From the NCBI GenBank assembly GCA_037310415.1, contig CP147780.1, forward strand, positions 576,001 to 640,000: a stretch of 64,000 nucleotides of DNA, given 5' to 3'. Below are positions 20,428 to 30,891 of the stretch, in pieces. The translations under genes were made by a program, and so were the position numbers. The notes under the pieces were generated by a model, which saw nothing but the letters and a program-made list of their open reading frames with translations, made no database searches and was not told where the DNA came from. The first letter of the stretch is position 1. Every line of letters begins with the position of its first letter. Source of the stretch: Candidatus Atabeyarchaeum deiterrae. Lineage in GTDB: Archaea > Asgardarchaeota > Atabeyarchaeia > Atabeyarchaeales > Atabeyarchaeaceae.

Positions 20428-21003
20428 CTAGTGTTTGTGTTCGCTGGCTTTTTGTTCGCCGTGTTCGTGTTCGCCCATCGTTTCTCCTTCTTCGTGTTCT
20501 CCTTTGCCTGTTATGGATGTGTAGATGTGGTGTGAGAACAGCTCGAATCCAAGCATTGCTTTGATGTACTTCCTGGCGGCTACTACGTCATTTGGATCGT
20601 AGTCCTTTTTGGACATGGCGTCACTAAACTTCTCTTGCAGCACCTCTTCAACGGTATGTTGGAGGAATTCTATTACTTCTCTTGGGTTTCCTGTTTCGAT
20701 TGCTTTTTCTGCACGCGGAACTACTGGGCCCCAATCGAGTCCTGCTGGTTTCAGCCCAGTGTATGATGCTCCTTCTCCTGCTCTGTGCAAGCGCACTGCT
20801 GTTTCAAAGAACCAGTAGTCTGCAACCTCTTTTGCTTCCTTGCCTTGTTTTCTCGCTCGCAGTGTTTTCTCAAAAGCCTTCTTTAACTCTTCTTCCCCTT
20901 CTTTCGGCAGATAGGGAAGTATGAGTTTGACATTACCTTTCTCTAAGGCGCTAGTTGCGGCCTTAACGACGGGTCCATCTAATGTATCGCAATGTGGGGG
21001 CAT
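20428..21003 (-). CDS. DUF6448-like protein with His-rich tail (metal-related)
   Basis: HCDTLDGPVV, FFETAVRLHRAGEGA.YTGLKPAG. Confidence 0.75.
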   Translation of the reverse strand: MPPHCDTLDGPVVKAATSALEKGNVKLILPYLPKEGEEELKKAFEKTLRARKQGKEAKEVADYWFFETAVRLHRAGEGASYTGLKPAGLDWGPVVPRAEKAIETGNPREVIEFLQHTVEEVLQEKFSDAMSKKDYDPNDVVAARKYIKAMLGFELFSHHIYTSITGKGEHEEGETMGEHEHGEQKASEHKH

Positions 21004-21168
21004 CCCACTCGTTCACCTCCGCAGCATGAACAGGTTCCCTTCCTAATATTCTTGACTCTTATAATGGAATAAAGGGTCCGCTTCGTTTTCAGTTTTTGCA
21101 TCTTATATAGAATGGGGGTGTGATGACCTTGCAGATGGATAGGGAAGGTAGCAGGAGACTGGTTTCGC

Positions 21169-24100
21169 GTGCTTCTGGAGGACATCCTCTATAACTTGCT
21201 TGTTTTCTTTGTTGGGATACCTGTTGCGGTTCTCTTTTTGTTGCTGGTTTTGTGTATTGCTTTCAAGTCTGCTCGCGGGTCCGTTTCTCACCTCGCTCGG
21301 TGGATGCTTCACGGCTTGGGGGTCTTGACACCGTACATGATCGTGGTGGTATTTGCGCTTGGTGTTGGAATTGCATGTTTCCATGTGCTGGTGTTTAGCA
21401 GTGAGTTGGTGAGGTTAACTCTCAGTTGTGCTGTTACTCTTTTGGTGTCTTACTCGATTCTCGCCTTGGCTGTGATGCATGCTAGGTGGTCGTCGAGTTT
21501 GGTAAAGTTCGTCGCGTTCTCATGTTTCTTCGTTATATTGATGGATGTTCTTGTTGGGTTTCTTGTGAGTGATGATTTGGTTCGGGTTTTGGCTTCTTGG
21601 GGTTCTTCTGTGTTTCTCGGGTGGCTTCTTCTCTATGAGAGGGATACTCTGAGGGCTTCAATGGGGTCCTTGAAACTAAGGATTAGGAAGCCTAAAGGTG
21701 ACGTGGAGCCTACATCTTTTGGCAATAGGGATCGTGAGTTGCCTGCAAATGGGAGCGGAGGAAGGAGTAGCGAGAGTGGGGGTTGTGAGGTTGGGTCAGT
21801 TGAGGTTGTCGGTATCCCTGAGAGTTACTTCTTCGGGAAGGTGGGGAATCGGAGAGACGGAGAAGCCGAGGGGTCCGGAGACGAAGATATTGCGGCTAGG
21901 TTTCGTGGATTCGCGGTGTCCCTGATTGAACATGGGTGCACCTTCGCGTTTAGCCAGGTTTACCATGGGGGTCGTGGGAGGTTCTTCATTCAGTGTAAGG
22001 AGCAAGATAGGTCTAAGCTTGCGCGGTTGGTGGAAGGTGTTGATGCATCTTTACATTCTTGGTTCCCCGATTTTGACACGAAGATACGCTACGGGGATGT
22101 TGAGTCTTCATTGGGTGGCGGGAGGCATGCTTGTGGTTGGGTTTCGAATCTGCCAGCTCCTTCGAGGAATCCTGTGAAGTATATTGCTGAGTTTTTTGTT
22201 CAGAGGAGGCTTACTGGTTCTGTGGTGGTGGTTGCTGAGGGGAGCACATCTTCTCTTTCATCTTTCGTGAAGAGGGGGCGTTATGGGAGGTTGTCGGCTA
22301 AGGCTGCGAGGCAGGAGCAGCAGAGCCCCATCGTGGGAGTGCACAACAAATCCACTATTACCAGTCGATCGAGTTGGGGTGCTGAGAAGGAGTTGAAGCA
22401 TTTAGGGACCGAGCTTGAGAGGTTGGGTTCGAAGCTGCAGGCAAAGTGTTGGATTACACTGACATGTGAGAGCTCCACGAGTGAGGAGGCTGAGATGGAT
22501 CTGGATTTGGTGCTTAGGACATTTGTGGGGGCGTTTAGTTTTGAGGAGGAGCGCCATGAGATGCGTTTTGGGAAGTTTCCCAGGAGGCAGGCTGAGGTTG
22601 TTTACCGCGCTACATCCAAGTTGAGTCCCCGGGGTAGGAGTACGGTTTTGCTGCCTTCTGATTTGGCGTTGTATTTTTGGTTGCCTGAGATGGACTCGGT
22701 TGCTCGGGTGAAGAGGAAAGGCGGTTTCTTAGCTCCTACTGGAGAGGAGGTTGAAGGTGGGGAGATTCTACTTGGTGGGGTTCTTCGCCATGGGTGTGTG
22801 TCGGATGTTGAGGCTCGCCTCACGCTTGGTGATTTGGCTCGCCACTGTTTGGTTGTGGGTTCCACTGGGAGTGGAAAGACGTGGACGACATTGTCCATAG
22901 CGATGGCTTTGCATCGGCTTGGGGTTCCTTTTTTGGTGCTTGATCCTGTGAAGAAGGAGTATAGGTGTTTGGTTGGCGCTGTTCCTGGGTTGCGTGTCTT
23001 CACGGTTGGGGATGAGGGTGTTGCGCCTTTTCGCTTCAATATTCTTGAGGTTCCCTTTGGAGTTAAGGCGCAGAAGCATGTTGACTTGGTGGAGGATGCT
23101 TTGTGTGCTTCTATTGTGATGTATCCTCCTGCGCCCTATGTTTTGCACATGGCTTTGAATCGCACTTACAGGGAACATGGTTGGGACTTGACATATGGAG
23201 AACGTGGTGGAGCTGTGTCTTTGCGTGATTTGAGGCGGAGTGTGAGGGACGTTGTTGTCGAGGAGGGTTACGAGGGTGAGCCGAGAAGCACTATTATTGC
23301 GGCTTTGAATACTCGGTTTGAGAGTTTATCTGTAGGTGGTAAGGGAGCGGCCCTGTGCAGCAGGGTATCCATGTCTCCTCAAGAGTTGATTGCTAATCCG
23401 ACTGTGGTTGAGTTTGGTGAGATGGGGGCGCAGGAGGATCGCGCCATGGTTATCCTCATGGTGCTATCGTCCATCTACGAGTATCTGCAGACACTTGGAC
23501 CAACATCTAAGCCCAGGTGCGCCATCATATTGGAGGAGGCCGGCTCACTCTTCGGCAACGTTGGCGCTAAGGGTGGAGCAGAATACGATTCTAAGGAATC
23601 TAGGAGAAAGGCGATTGAGGTTATTTCACGCATTACCGCTGAGATTCGCTCCCTTGGTGGCATGATTATTTTTGTGAATCAAAGTGCAGTTGGCTTGCCG
23701 CTTGAGGTGACCGAGAATACTTCCACGAAGATTGTGCATCAGGTTGCGGATGATGAGGATGCGGAGAAGGTTGCACGCATGTTCGGGTTAAATGAGGAGC
23801 AAAAACGTGCGCTTGCGAGTCTGGAGGTTGGTAGGCCTGTTATTAAGACGCCAAATGTGAGTCACCCGTTTCAGGTTGAGGTAACTCCTGTGACGAGTTA
23901 TGGGGTTGACCCTACCAAGTTTGTTACGGATGAGGAGTTGAGGAGGTACATGAGGGCGACGTTCTATGATGCTAACCCGCAGTATCTTAAGGCGAGTGTG
24001 ATGACGCCCACTGAGAAGACGCCAACATCGGCTCCGAGTGTGACCGTTTCCGTTGTGAATGGAGGCAGGCTAGCTGAATCAATTGTAGCTCGGGCAGACT

Positions 24101-24363
24101 TTGAGGCAAAGTTTTGTAAATCTGTGGGGAGACATCACGAGGGTGAGGGTGTGAAGGCGGTTGTGAAGCTGCTTATTGCGGAGGCTTCAAGGTATACGCG
24201 GAAACGTAAGGAGGAGGAGACGCTTGCAATGGAGATCCTCAACAGAGCTAATGACAAGTACTGCGTGAACCTGAGACCGGAAGTACGCAGGAGAGTCAAC
24301 GTGTTGGTGAAGAGGGAACTGATGGCTGACCTGCAAACGGCTGGCGGCGTGAGATCTTCCTAG
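21169..24363 (+). CDS. Membrane-anchored HerA/VirB4-like (DUF87) ATPase
   Basis: N-terminal transmembrane bundle; RHCLVVGSTGSGKT, LDPVKKEY, IILEEA, EIRSLG, NQS. Confidence 0.85.
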   Translation: MLLEDILYNLLVFFVGIPVAVLFLLLVLCIAFKSARGSVSHLARWMLHGLGVLTPYMIVVVFALGVGIACFHVLVFSSELVRLTLSCAVTLLVSYSILALAVMHARWSSSLVKFVAFSCFFVILMDVLVGFLVSDDLVRVLASWGSSVFLGWLLLYERDTLRASMGSLKLRIRKPKGDVEPTSFGNRDRELPANGSGGRSSESGGCEVGSVEVVGIPESYFFGKVGNRRDGEAEGSGDEDIAARFRGFAVSLIEHGCTFAFSQVYHGGRGRFFIQCKEQDRSKLARLVEGVDASLHSWFPDFDTKIRYGDVESSLGGGRHACGWVSNLPAPSRNPVKYIAEFFVQRRLTGSVVVVAEGSTSSLSSFVKRGRYGRLSAKAARQEQQSPIVGVHNKSTITSRSSWGAEKELKHLGTELERLGSKLQAKCWITLTCESSTSEEAEMDLDLVLRTFVGAFSFEEERHEMRFGKFPRRQAEVVYRATSKLSPRGRSTVLLPSDLALYFWLPEMDSVARVKRKGGFLAPTGEEVEGGEILLGGVLRHGCVSDVEARLTLGDLARHCLVVGSTGSGKTWTTLSIAMALHRLGVPFLVLDPVKKEYRCLVGAVPGLRVFTVGDEGVAPFRFNILEVPFGVKAQKHVDLVEDALCASIVMYPPAPYVLHMALNRTYREHGWDLTYGERGGAVSLRDLRRSVRDVVVEEGYEGEPRSTIIAALNTRFESLSVGGKGAALCSRVSMSPQELIANPTVVEFGEMGAQEDRAMVILMVLSSIYEYLQTLGPTSKPRCAIILEEAGSLFGNVGAKGGAEYDSKESRRKAIEVISRITAEIRSLGGMIIFVNQSAVGLPLEVTENTSTKIVHQVADDEDAEKVARMFGLNEEQKRALASLEVGRPVIKTPNVSHPFQVEVTPVTSYGVDPTKFVTDEELRRYMRATFYDANPQYLKASVMTPTEKTPTSAPSVTVSVVNGGRLAESIVARADFEAKFCKSVGRHHEGEGVKAVVKLLIAEASRYTRKRKEEETLAMEILNRANDKYCVNLRPEVRRRVNVLVKRELMADLQTAGGVRSS

Positions 24364-24388
24364 TTGGAGAGTTATATTAGATGGTGAT

Positions 24389-26173
24389 GTGGGTCGGGGA
24401 GGATTACTGTATTTGCCAAGGGAGTCTGAAGGGCACGAGCACGTAGAGGATGACGCAGAATCTTCCCTGGGTTCCGATGAACAGGAAGAAGGGAAATGGG
24501 GTGAACTTCGCGAAGAAGCTGAGTTGACGGATGAATCGGCCCTTAGGGAATACGAGGAATCGCTGACAAGTCAGCAAGGGGAGGGGGGAAGAGAAAAAGA
24601 TGCCTCAGAGACCGATGATGAGTCAGTCGCCGTGTCTGAGGAAGAGGAATGGAAGCAATTCGTGGATTCAACTCTCAACGAATATGAGAATTCATTGAAC
24701 GAATCGATAAGAAAAGATGAAGTGGTCAAGGCGACAGAATCACAGGAATCCAGTGCAAATGTGGAGCAAAGAAGCCAGACAACTGAAGGGGAACCCCAAC
24801 AAATCGATGAGCCCACTAAGCGAGCAGAAGTTCCATCAACCGAACCACGACAAGAACCCAACATGGATAGGGATAACGAAGCGGACGGAGTAAAGGTGAC
24901 TGATAAGGTCACGGTGAAATTCGATGAGAATGAGGGCCTTACAATAATCTCTGAGAACTTGAACTATAGGATCGCAACTGTGGAGCATGAGACTATAGGG
25001 GGATTGGAATTCGACAGGTACAAGACTAACATGGGAGAAGAGTTTCTACACATACCTAGTGAAAACAAGTTGATCCCACCCTATGAAACGCCATGGTACG
25101 CATTACGTCCAAACACCGAAGTATATCTTGACCTGAGCTACAAAACTGACCGATTGCTGGAGGCGATAAGCAAGGCGGGAGGAGAAGTGGCGTTTCGAAA
25201 GGAGATGAAGGAAAGGGGCGCAATCTTCAGCAACGGAAATGTATACAGGCATCTGCACCAGCAGAGAGACGGCTTGAGAGCCGACAAACTGATTTCAGTC
25301 CTCAAATTTCTGGGAAGGAATCTCGATGAGCCAAACAAACATATCAGAGCGATAGGACATTGCAGGGCAATAGAAAACCCAAAACTACCATTCAGACTCA
25401 ATAACAACGACGGAGCAAGATTGATGGGAGCAAGGTATTCAGACGGAACTAACTCTGCATCGAAGGGACGTGGACCAAGATTCAACTACGCGAACAATGA
25501 CGCAGGGCAAAGAAACAGGATCGTAGAATCCCTGAAGAATGTTTTCGGTGGGGCAAATATACTCAACAGAGAGTACAACACTGGTGAAGTGGCGAAAGTG
25601 CGTACTTCATCAGACATCGTTGGATATGTATTGATGAGAGCAGGAGCTGTGACAGGGGAAATAGTTGACAAGAACCCACACATACCTGTGCTAATACGGG
25701 AAGGGTCTTTGGAAATGAAACGCGAGTGGCTAATCCAAGCATCTGGTGATGAGGGATACGTCTGGCCACAGAAAGGCAAAGTGTGCATAGGAAGAGCGGT
25801 TGAAGCATCAAGCGTTCTGTCCAAGGAGATGACCGATCGCCTTGATGGAATGAGTTGGCAGGACAAGTTCATAAACAGGAGATTTGTCTGTGGCATAAGA
25901 CCATGCAAGGATCTCCCTGGCGACATCTACGGAGTGGTAGAAGGTCATCCACCTAACCTTCTTTTGGAAGAGAAGAAGATGCTCAGTCATTTTGATATTG
26001 AGGCACGAATGTATCCCATAGAGATGCACAGGGGAAAGTATGGCGACTACTCAGCCCACTGGACCCTACAGACAGAGACAAGGGAAGATGGAAGACGATT
26101 CGCCGAAAAGATCGGGTTCCCCCAAGAAAGAAAACAAAAGAAGGCAGTTTCAGTCCTAAGACTCGACAGGTGA
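24389..26173 (+). CDS. Protein with an acidic disordered N-terminus and a C-terminal DOD/LAGLIDADG-like endonuclease
   Basis: ARLMGARYSDG and EWLIQASGDEG LAGLIDADG-like helices; FAEKIGF...RK tail; no intein splicing blocks. Confidence 0.7.
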   Translation: MGRGGLLYLPRESEGHEHVEDDAESSLGSDEQEEGKWGELREEAELTDESALREYEESLTSQQGEGGREKDASETDDESVAVSEEEEWKQFVDSTLNEYENSLNESIRKDEVVKATESQESSANVEQRSQTTEGEPQQIDEPTKRAEVPSTEPRQEPNMDRDNEADGVKVTDKVTVKFDENEGLTIISENLNYRIATVEHETIGGLEFDRYKTNMGEEFLHIPSENKLIPPYETPWYALRPNTEVYLDLSYKTDRLLEAISKAGGEVAFRKEMKERGAIFSNGNVYRHLHQQRDGLRADKLISVLKFLGRNLDEPNKHIRAIGHCRAIENPKLPFRLNNNDGARLMGARYSDGTNSASKGRGPRFNYANNDAGQRNRIVESLKNVFGGANILNREYNTGEVAKVRTSSDIVGYVLMRAGAVTGEIVDKNPHIPVLIREGSLEMKREWLIQASGDEGYVWPQKGKVCIGRAVEASSVLSKEMTDRLDGMSWQDKFINRRFVCGIRPCKDLPGDIYGVVEGHPPNLLLEEKKMLSHFDIEARMYPIEMHRGKYGDYSAHWTLQTETREDGRRFAEKIGFPQERKQKKAVSVLRLDR

Positions 26174-26179
26174 GGAAGT

Positions 26180-26488
26180 ATGGTTGATGATAGAGAAATG
26201 GTAGAAATGATTAAGCAAGCATATGAAGAGCTAAAGACCCGAGATATTGGAAAAGAGGAACTACTCGATTGGCTGAAAAGAAACGGTCTGACACTGGAAC
26301 AGGCGTCAATGGCCATCCACCTAGCCATCCAACAGGGTTTAATCCGATTTTGTTACCCACCCTCTGTTTGCGGAGAAGAACCAGTTCCAAGTTACGAAAG
26401 GATCACAGAAGAAGATCTGCTCCCGCCTGAACTACTGGAAGAAATGCGTACAAGAATTTTCGAAGAGAGTGTAGAGCGACGAAAATGA
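26180..26488 (+). CDS. Small acidic hypothetical protein (possible wHTH or immunity partner)
   Basis: Starts 6 nt after the upstream stop; GAGG ribosome-binding site. Confidence 0.6.
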   Translation: MVDDREMVEMIKQAYEELKTRDIGKEELLDWLKRNGLTLEQASMAIHLAIQQGLIRFCYPPSVCGEEPVPSYERITEEDLLPPELLEEMRTRIFEESVERRK

Positions 26489-26754
26489 GGAAGACATCAT
26501 CAAAGAAAACGATCCCAACAACAGTACGAAGAATTGAAGCCGATCAAGGTAAATCATGAGGGTATCGAGATGGTCAAAATCGGCGGTAACCAAACCAACA
26601 AAACAGACTTCAAAACTGTTGATAGTTCATAGGCCTAGCTGGTCGCTGTGCCATTCGCTTATACCTGACAGTTCTCAGATAGTCCTCCTATTTCAGTAAT
26701 TCTGTAAGCATAACTAATGCCCAAAGGGTATCTCTCGACAAGTTCCCTTTGGTT

Positions 26755-28014
26755 TCATGGGTTCTGTCGCCGCGCTTGTTCAAGCCTCGGATTCCAACAA
26801 GTTGACGGAGGCATATGAATTTCATCAGGAAACCATGCATCGCTCACCATTTTCAACACTTCCTCCTTGGGAAGAGCCCTCGCTTTCATTGAAAGTTCCT
26901 TGTCAACTCTCTTCCTTTCTAGTGAAGCACTATGGAATCTGAAACCCTGTCGGATACAGATGTTTTGCCTCCTCACATTCCTGCGAAACTGTTTGACTTC
27001 TGCATCTGACCAACTGGGATGGATGAAATAATCTTTCGAAGTTTGGGGATAATAGAAGTCGAAGTTGTCATGCAGCTGACTCACCGGTCGATACCTACAA
27101 TCAGTAATCTGGACTTTCCATTCCCAACACTTAAGTCGCTTCTTCTCCATCTCCACAAAAGGTATGTCCCAATTGAAAATCATGAAAATCGATATCTCTT
27201 CGGCGTGATAACTGGCGTTCACCAAGATGTCTAGCTGTTTCTTTATCCGCTCAAATTCATCGTAACCCCAATCCCACGCAATTTTTGGGCTGTCAAACCT
27301 TGCTTTCTTTAGAGCCACTGCCAGTTCAGGCCTCTGTTCAAGTATCTTCCCGTCGAACCCACTTTGAGACTCGCAACGAACTACTCTTCCTTTATACTTC
27401 AACCCAGAGATCTCTGTGAGCAATTCATCAATATGCTCATTCATTAGTAAGTTGTTATCATAGAAGACTAGTCTATTGGAACAGAGCTCACGTTTTATGC
27501 TCTTTTTTGAAGTCCGTTTTGGCTCAAGCTTCCACGTGTAACAGAATTTGCACTGGCGGAGACATCCTCGAGTAGAATGAATGATTTGATAGTCAAGTTG
27601 ATGAGGGTTCTGCCTTACCAGTTTGTAATTGGGCAAACAATTCTCCGCCTTGTTATGAAGACCGACATATGGCTTGACCCGAAATCGCCTACACTTTTCC
27701 TTGAAGTCTTCATTGTTAAAGTGAAGAGAAACGTATATTCCGCCGATCCAGATAACACTTTTTGGATAGGCGTTTCTATAAAACGCAACACTATCCCAGA
27801 AGTATGTGCTCCAATACGTAAACAAGGAAGTTATCCATATCTTATCCGGAATGAAACCGACCCGGCAGTTGCCTATTACCAGTTTTAGCCTCGTTGCCCG
27901 CCCACTTTTCTTAATGTACGTTCCAATCTTCAATAGACCGATCGGTAAGAAGTTCTTATGATTTCTGCTCTTTCTTGGAATTGGGAAATCAGGCTCAACC
28001 AATAGTATTCTCAT
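26755..28014 (-). CDS. Radical SAM protein with B12-binding-like N-terminus
   Basis: ILLVEP...PIGLLKI; TRGCLRQCKFC (CxxxCxxC); YDNN. Confidence 0.85.
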   Translation of the reverse strand: MRILLVEPDFPIPRKSRNHKNFLPIGLLKIGTYIKKSGRATRLKLVIGNCRVGFIPDKIWITSLFTYWSTYFWDSVAFYRNAYPKSVIWIGGIYVSLHFNNEDFKEKCRRFRVKPYVGLHNKAENCLPNYKLVRQNPHQLDYQIIHSTRGCLRQCKFCYTWKLEPKRTSKKSIKRELCSNRLVFYDNNLLMNEHIDELLTEISGLKYKGRVVRCESQSGFDGKILEQRPELAVALKKARFDSPKIAWDWGYDEFERIKKQLDILVNASYHAEEISIFMIFNWDIPFVEMEKKRLKCWEWKVQITDCRYRPVSQLHDNFDFYYPQTSKDYFIHPSWSDAEVKQFRRNVRRQNICIRQGFRFHSASLERKRVDKELSMKARALPKEEVLKMVSDAWFPDEIHMPPSTCWNPRLEQARRQNP

Positions 28015-28018
28015 TAGT

Positions 28019-29029
28019 CTACCCTGTCTCCATTCTTCTTGGTATATGAATTCTGATCTCCATCTCCTTGCATAGGCTCAGAAGCTCCTTCGTGAGATGT
28101 TCAACCTTTGAAAGGTCTCTCTTACTGTTCTTCAACTCGTCTCTTTCCTCTCTTGTAATCGTCTGAACCCGCTTCAGAAGGCTTTCAACACCTTTGATGA
28201 AAACAGAATCTGTCATAGGGAATTTTGCCTTAATCTCGTGATGAACCTGTTCTATATCTTCTCGGCCCTTGAAGACTCTTTTCCTAGCATCCTTGTACTT
28301 GTATACGGTTCCGATAAGCCTTACATCCTGGGCTTTTCTTATTGTTCCATCCTTAATTAGCTCAACAACTTTCTCAACAATCTCTGGATCCGCAACCCTC
28401 CGGATTTCCTGAACCGCCGCATTCTTTACTAACTGTTCGAAGTGGCTGTATTTATCCTTCCTCATTTCTCCGTTCTTGACCATTAACTCAACTGCCTCTA
28501 TTTTCTGCGATATTGAAGCAATATTGTCGCCGGCAACAGCTTCTATCTGTTGCAAAGTCATTTTGTCTTCAACCCTCATCTTGCGGAACAGATTTGCCTT
28601 ATCATATGCATCCCACTTAGCCTTTCCCGCGATGTGCTCCGTGCAAAGCAGTCTGTATATTTCTTCTTGAGAAAGCCTCTCTACAATTACATTGCTCTTG
28701 ATCAACGTCCATTTGTCGTCTCCAGTATCCTTGTGGAGATGACGATAACAACACAATCTTGTGTTTCCTTCTAAGACCTCATGATCATATACTAATACGG
28801 GGTTGATTAACCCCCCATCGTTCTCAATTTGATGATACAACTCGTGAGTCGCGTCCCTTTGCCAAAGTTCCTGATCGATTATGTCATCAGTAACCTGTCC
28901 ACCGTGTTCACTAACAATAGTTGCGATTCTGGGATTTCTTGTGTAGTATCTCAATACGTATATGTCCAGCAACTTGTACTCGTATTTTATCTCCTTTCCT
29001 CTTATCGATAGAGCAATTTGATTTGCCAT
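28019..29029 (-). CDS. ParB/Srx-like N-terminal domain protein
   Basis: NPRI, GGLINPVLV, LEGNTRL, WDAYDKA. Confidence 0.8.
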   Translation of the reverse strand: MANQIALSIRGKEIKYEYKLLDIYVLRYYTRNPRIATIVSEHGGQVTDDIIDQELWQRDATHELYHQIENDGGLINPVLVYDHEVLEGNTRLCCYRHLHKDTGDDKWTLIKSNVIVERLSQEEIYRLLCTEHIAGKAKWDAYDKANLFRKMRVEDKMTLQQIEAVAGDNIASISQKIEAVELMVKNGEMRKDKYSHFEQLVKNAAVQEIRRVADPEIVEKVVELIKDGTIRKAQDVRLIGTVYKYKDARKRVFKGREDIEQVHHEIKAKFPMTDSVFIKGVESLLKRVQTITREERDELKNSKRDLSKVEHLTKELLSLCKEMEIRIHIPRRMETG

Positions 29030-29032
29030 TTT

Positions 29033-30529
29033 CTAACCCCCTAAGATCCTGAGCAAGTCAGCTTTCGACAAATAGCTGCGCTTAAATGTAATGCACTCTG
29101 TGTCGCCCAGAGTATATTTCGCGATCAGTTCCTTCTTCTCCAATATCTCATCAGTATATTCATCTATTGTATCTTTAGCGATAATCTTGAAGACCTTGCA
29201 TGGCTTGGTCTGCGTTATTCTGTGGATCCTGTCTTGCGATTGAAGATAGTCATCCATTTTGAAGGTTCGGTCCACATAGATTGCGTTGTTTGCGGAAGTT
29301 AGAGTTAAACCTTCTTTTGCGGCAGCTGGGTTCGCAATCAGCAACTTGCATCGCTCTTCGTTCATGAACTTCTTTACGATGTTGAGACGATCCATAATTG
29401 GAATCTCTCCGAAAAGCATCTGCGCCCCAAATTCCTTGAAACGATTCCTGAGTGTTCTAATGTTTCCAATGAAACTTGTCCATAAGATTGCTTTCTCTTT
29501 TCGCTCCACAACATCACGAACAAGTCTGTTCAAAACCTTGAACTTGCCCGGTTCCTCATTATACTGAATGTTTAACAAGCCTGGGTTGCTAGCGATTTGA
29601 GTAAGTCGGAGTAGTTTAACCAGATAATTGTCTATCTCTTCCTCGATCTTCTCTCCGTCGGAGTTAGAGATCTCATAGTAGAGTTCACTTCTAGCCTTGT
29701 CATAGGCTATTCTTTGCTTAGGCGCAAGTTCGGCGGTTACGTTCTCAAAAGTTTTTTCGGGAAGCTCCAATACATCCTTCGTTCTTCTAATAGAGACTGG
29801 TCTCAAGGTCTCCCTTAACGATTTTAGACTCAATTCGAATTGGCTCATGTCTTGGGCTCCCTTCAAGTCGACCTTGAATCGCTTTTGGAAAGCGTCAAAG
29901 TCGTCTCCAAGTAGCACGCCACCATCCAAGAAATAGAATTGAGACCACAGGTCTTCTGGTCTATTTGCAATTGGCGTCCCTGTGATTATGATCCTCTTTG
30001 CAACAAGACTCCTCAAGGAGATTACAGCTCTTGCTGTCTTCGATTTTGGGTTTTTCATTTTTTGGGATTCATCAAGAACCATTGCGAATCTTCGCTGCCT
30101 CAACAATAGTTCAATGAACTCGGTCTCCTGAATCAGGGATTCGTAGTTGGCTATATAGAAGTGTCCATAGGTTGTAAGCATGCGACCCCGTTGCATTCTT
30201 GAGCCGTCCAAAACTACTGGAAGGAGATTCGAGTGTTTCTCTATTTCGTCTTTCCACATATATAATAGAGACTTCTTACAAATAATAAGCGCACCGTCTA
30301 TCGTTTTCTCCTTCATGTTTCGGCACAGAGCATCGATGACGATTTTGCTTTTGCCCAGACCCTGCTCATCAAACAATGGCACGTCATTGTGAGTGCTGAC
30401 ATAGTCTGTAGCCTCGATCTGATGTTCAAGAGGCTCGGTTTTCGAGGAGAAATCAAATGTGACTTTCTTAATCAGTCTCAACCAACTCCTCAGGAAGCAC
30501 AATGTACGAGACATTAGTAAGTTTTTCAA
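29033..30529 (-). CDS. SNF2-family helicase (start uncertain)
   Basis: DEQGLGKS, LDESQKMKN, TGTPIAN, EGLTLT, QSQDRIHRI. Confidence 0.92.
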   Translation of the reverse strand: MKNLLMSRTLCFLRSWLRLIKKVTFDFSSKTEPLEHQIEATDYVSTHNDVPLFDEQGLGKSKIVIDALCRNMKEKTIDGALIICKKSLLYMWKDEIEKHSNLLPVVLDGSRMQRGRMLTTYGHFYIANYESLIQETEFIELLLRQRRFAMVLDESQKMKNPKSKTARAVISLRSLVAKRIIITGTPIANRPEDLWSQFYFLDGGVLLGDDFDAFQKRFKVDLKGAQDMSQFELSLKSLRETLRPVSIRRTKDVLELPEKTFENVTAELAPKQRIAYDKARSELYYEISNSDGEKIEEEIDNYLVKLLRLTQIASNPGLLNIQYNEEPGKFKVLNRLVRDVVERKEKAILWTSFIGNIRTLRNRFKEFGAQMLFGEIPIMDRLNIVKKFMNEERCKLLIANPAAAKEGLTLTSANNAIYVDRTFKMDDYLQSQDRIHRITQTKPCKVFKIIAKDTIDEYTDEILEKKELIAKYTLGDTECITFKRSYLSKADLLRILGG

Positions 30530-30887
30530 GACCGAGATCGACCATTAAGCGCAACAAGATGCTTTCTTCGTTTCTGGGCACTCCGATTATTAGTTCAAAT
30601 CTCAGTCCGGATGTAGCCCCAACAATATTCGAATAGTCCAGCAGTTGCTCTCTAGTTCTTTCTGACAACAAGTCATCTCCAGTTTTTGCCTCGCCAATGC
30701 ATAGCACCTTGGTTTCCATGTTTATGCCAATTACATCTGGTCTGTGTCTACCTATCCTCGGGGGAACATGCACCGCTTCACCATGAAATGTGTAATACTG
30801 CCCATCATATGCGACTGGAGCATACCCCTCCTCCCGCATCTTTCTGCCTATTAGGTCAACAAGCATTCGGTGCATCCGCGATGGCAT
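30468..30887 (-). CDS. PD-(D/E)XK restriction-endonuclease-like protein
   Basis: HRPDVIG...IGEAKT motif. Confidence 0.7.
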   Translation of the reverse strand: MPSRMHRMLVDLIGRKMREEGYAPVAYDGQYYTFHGEAVHVPPRIGRHRPDVIGINMETKVLCIGEAKTGDDLLSERTREQLLDYSNIVGATSGLRFELIIGVPRNEESILLRLMVDLGLEKLTNVSYIVLPEELVETD

Positions 30888-30891
30888 GTCT

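Noticed and set aside
24389-26173. Intein
   Set aside because: No N-terminal Cys/Ser block A, no C-terminal His-Asn, and no interrupted host protein.
26657-26667. 11-bp match GCTTATACCTG to the atpB 3' end
   Set aside because: A match this short is expected by chance and does not extend.
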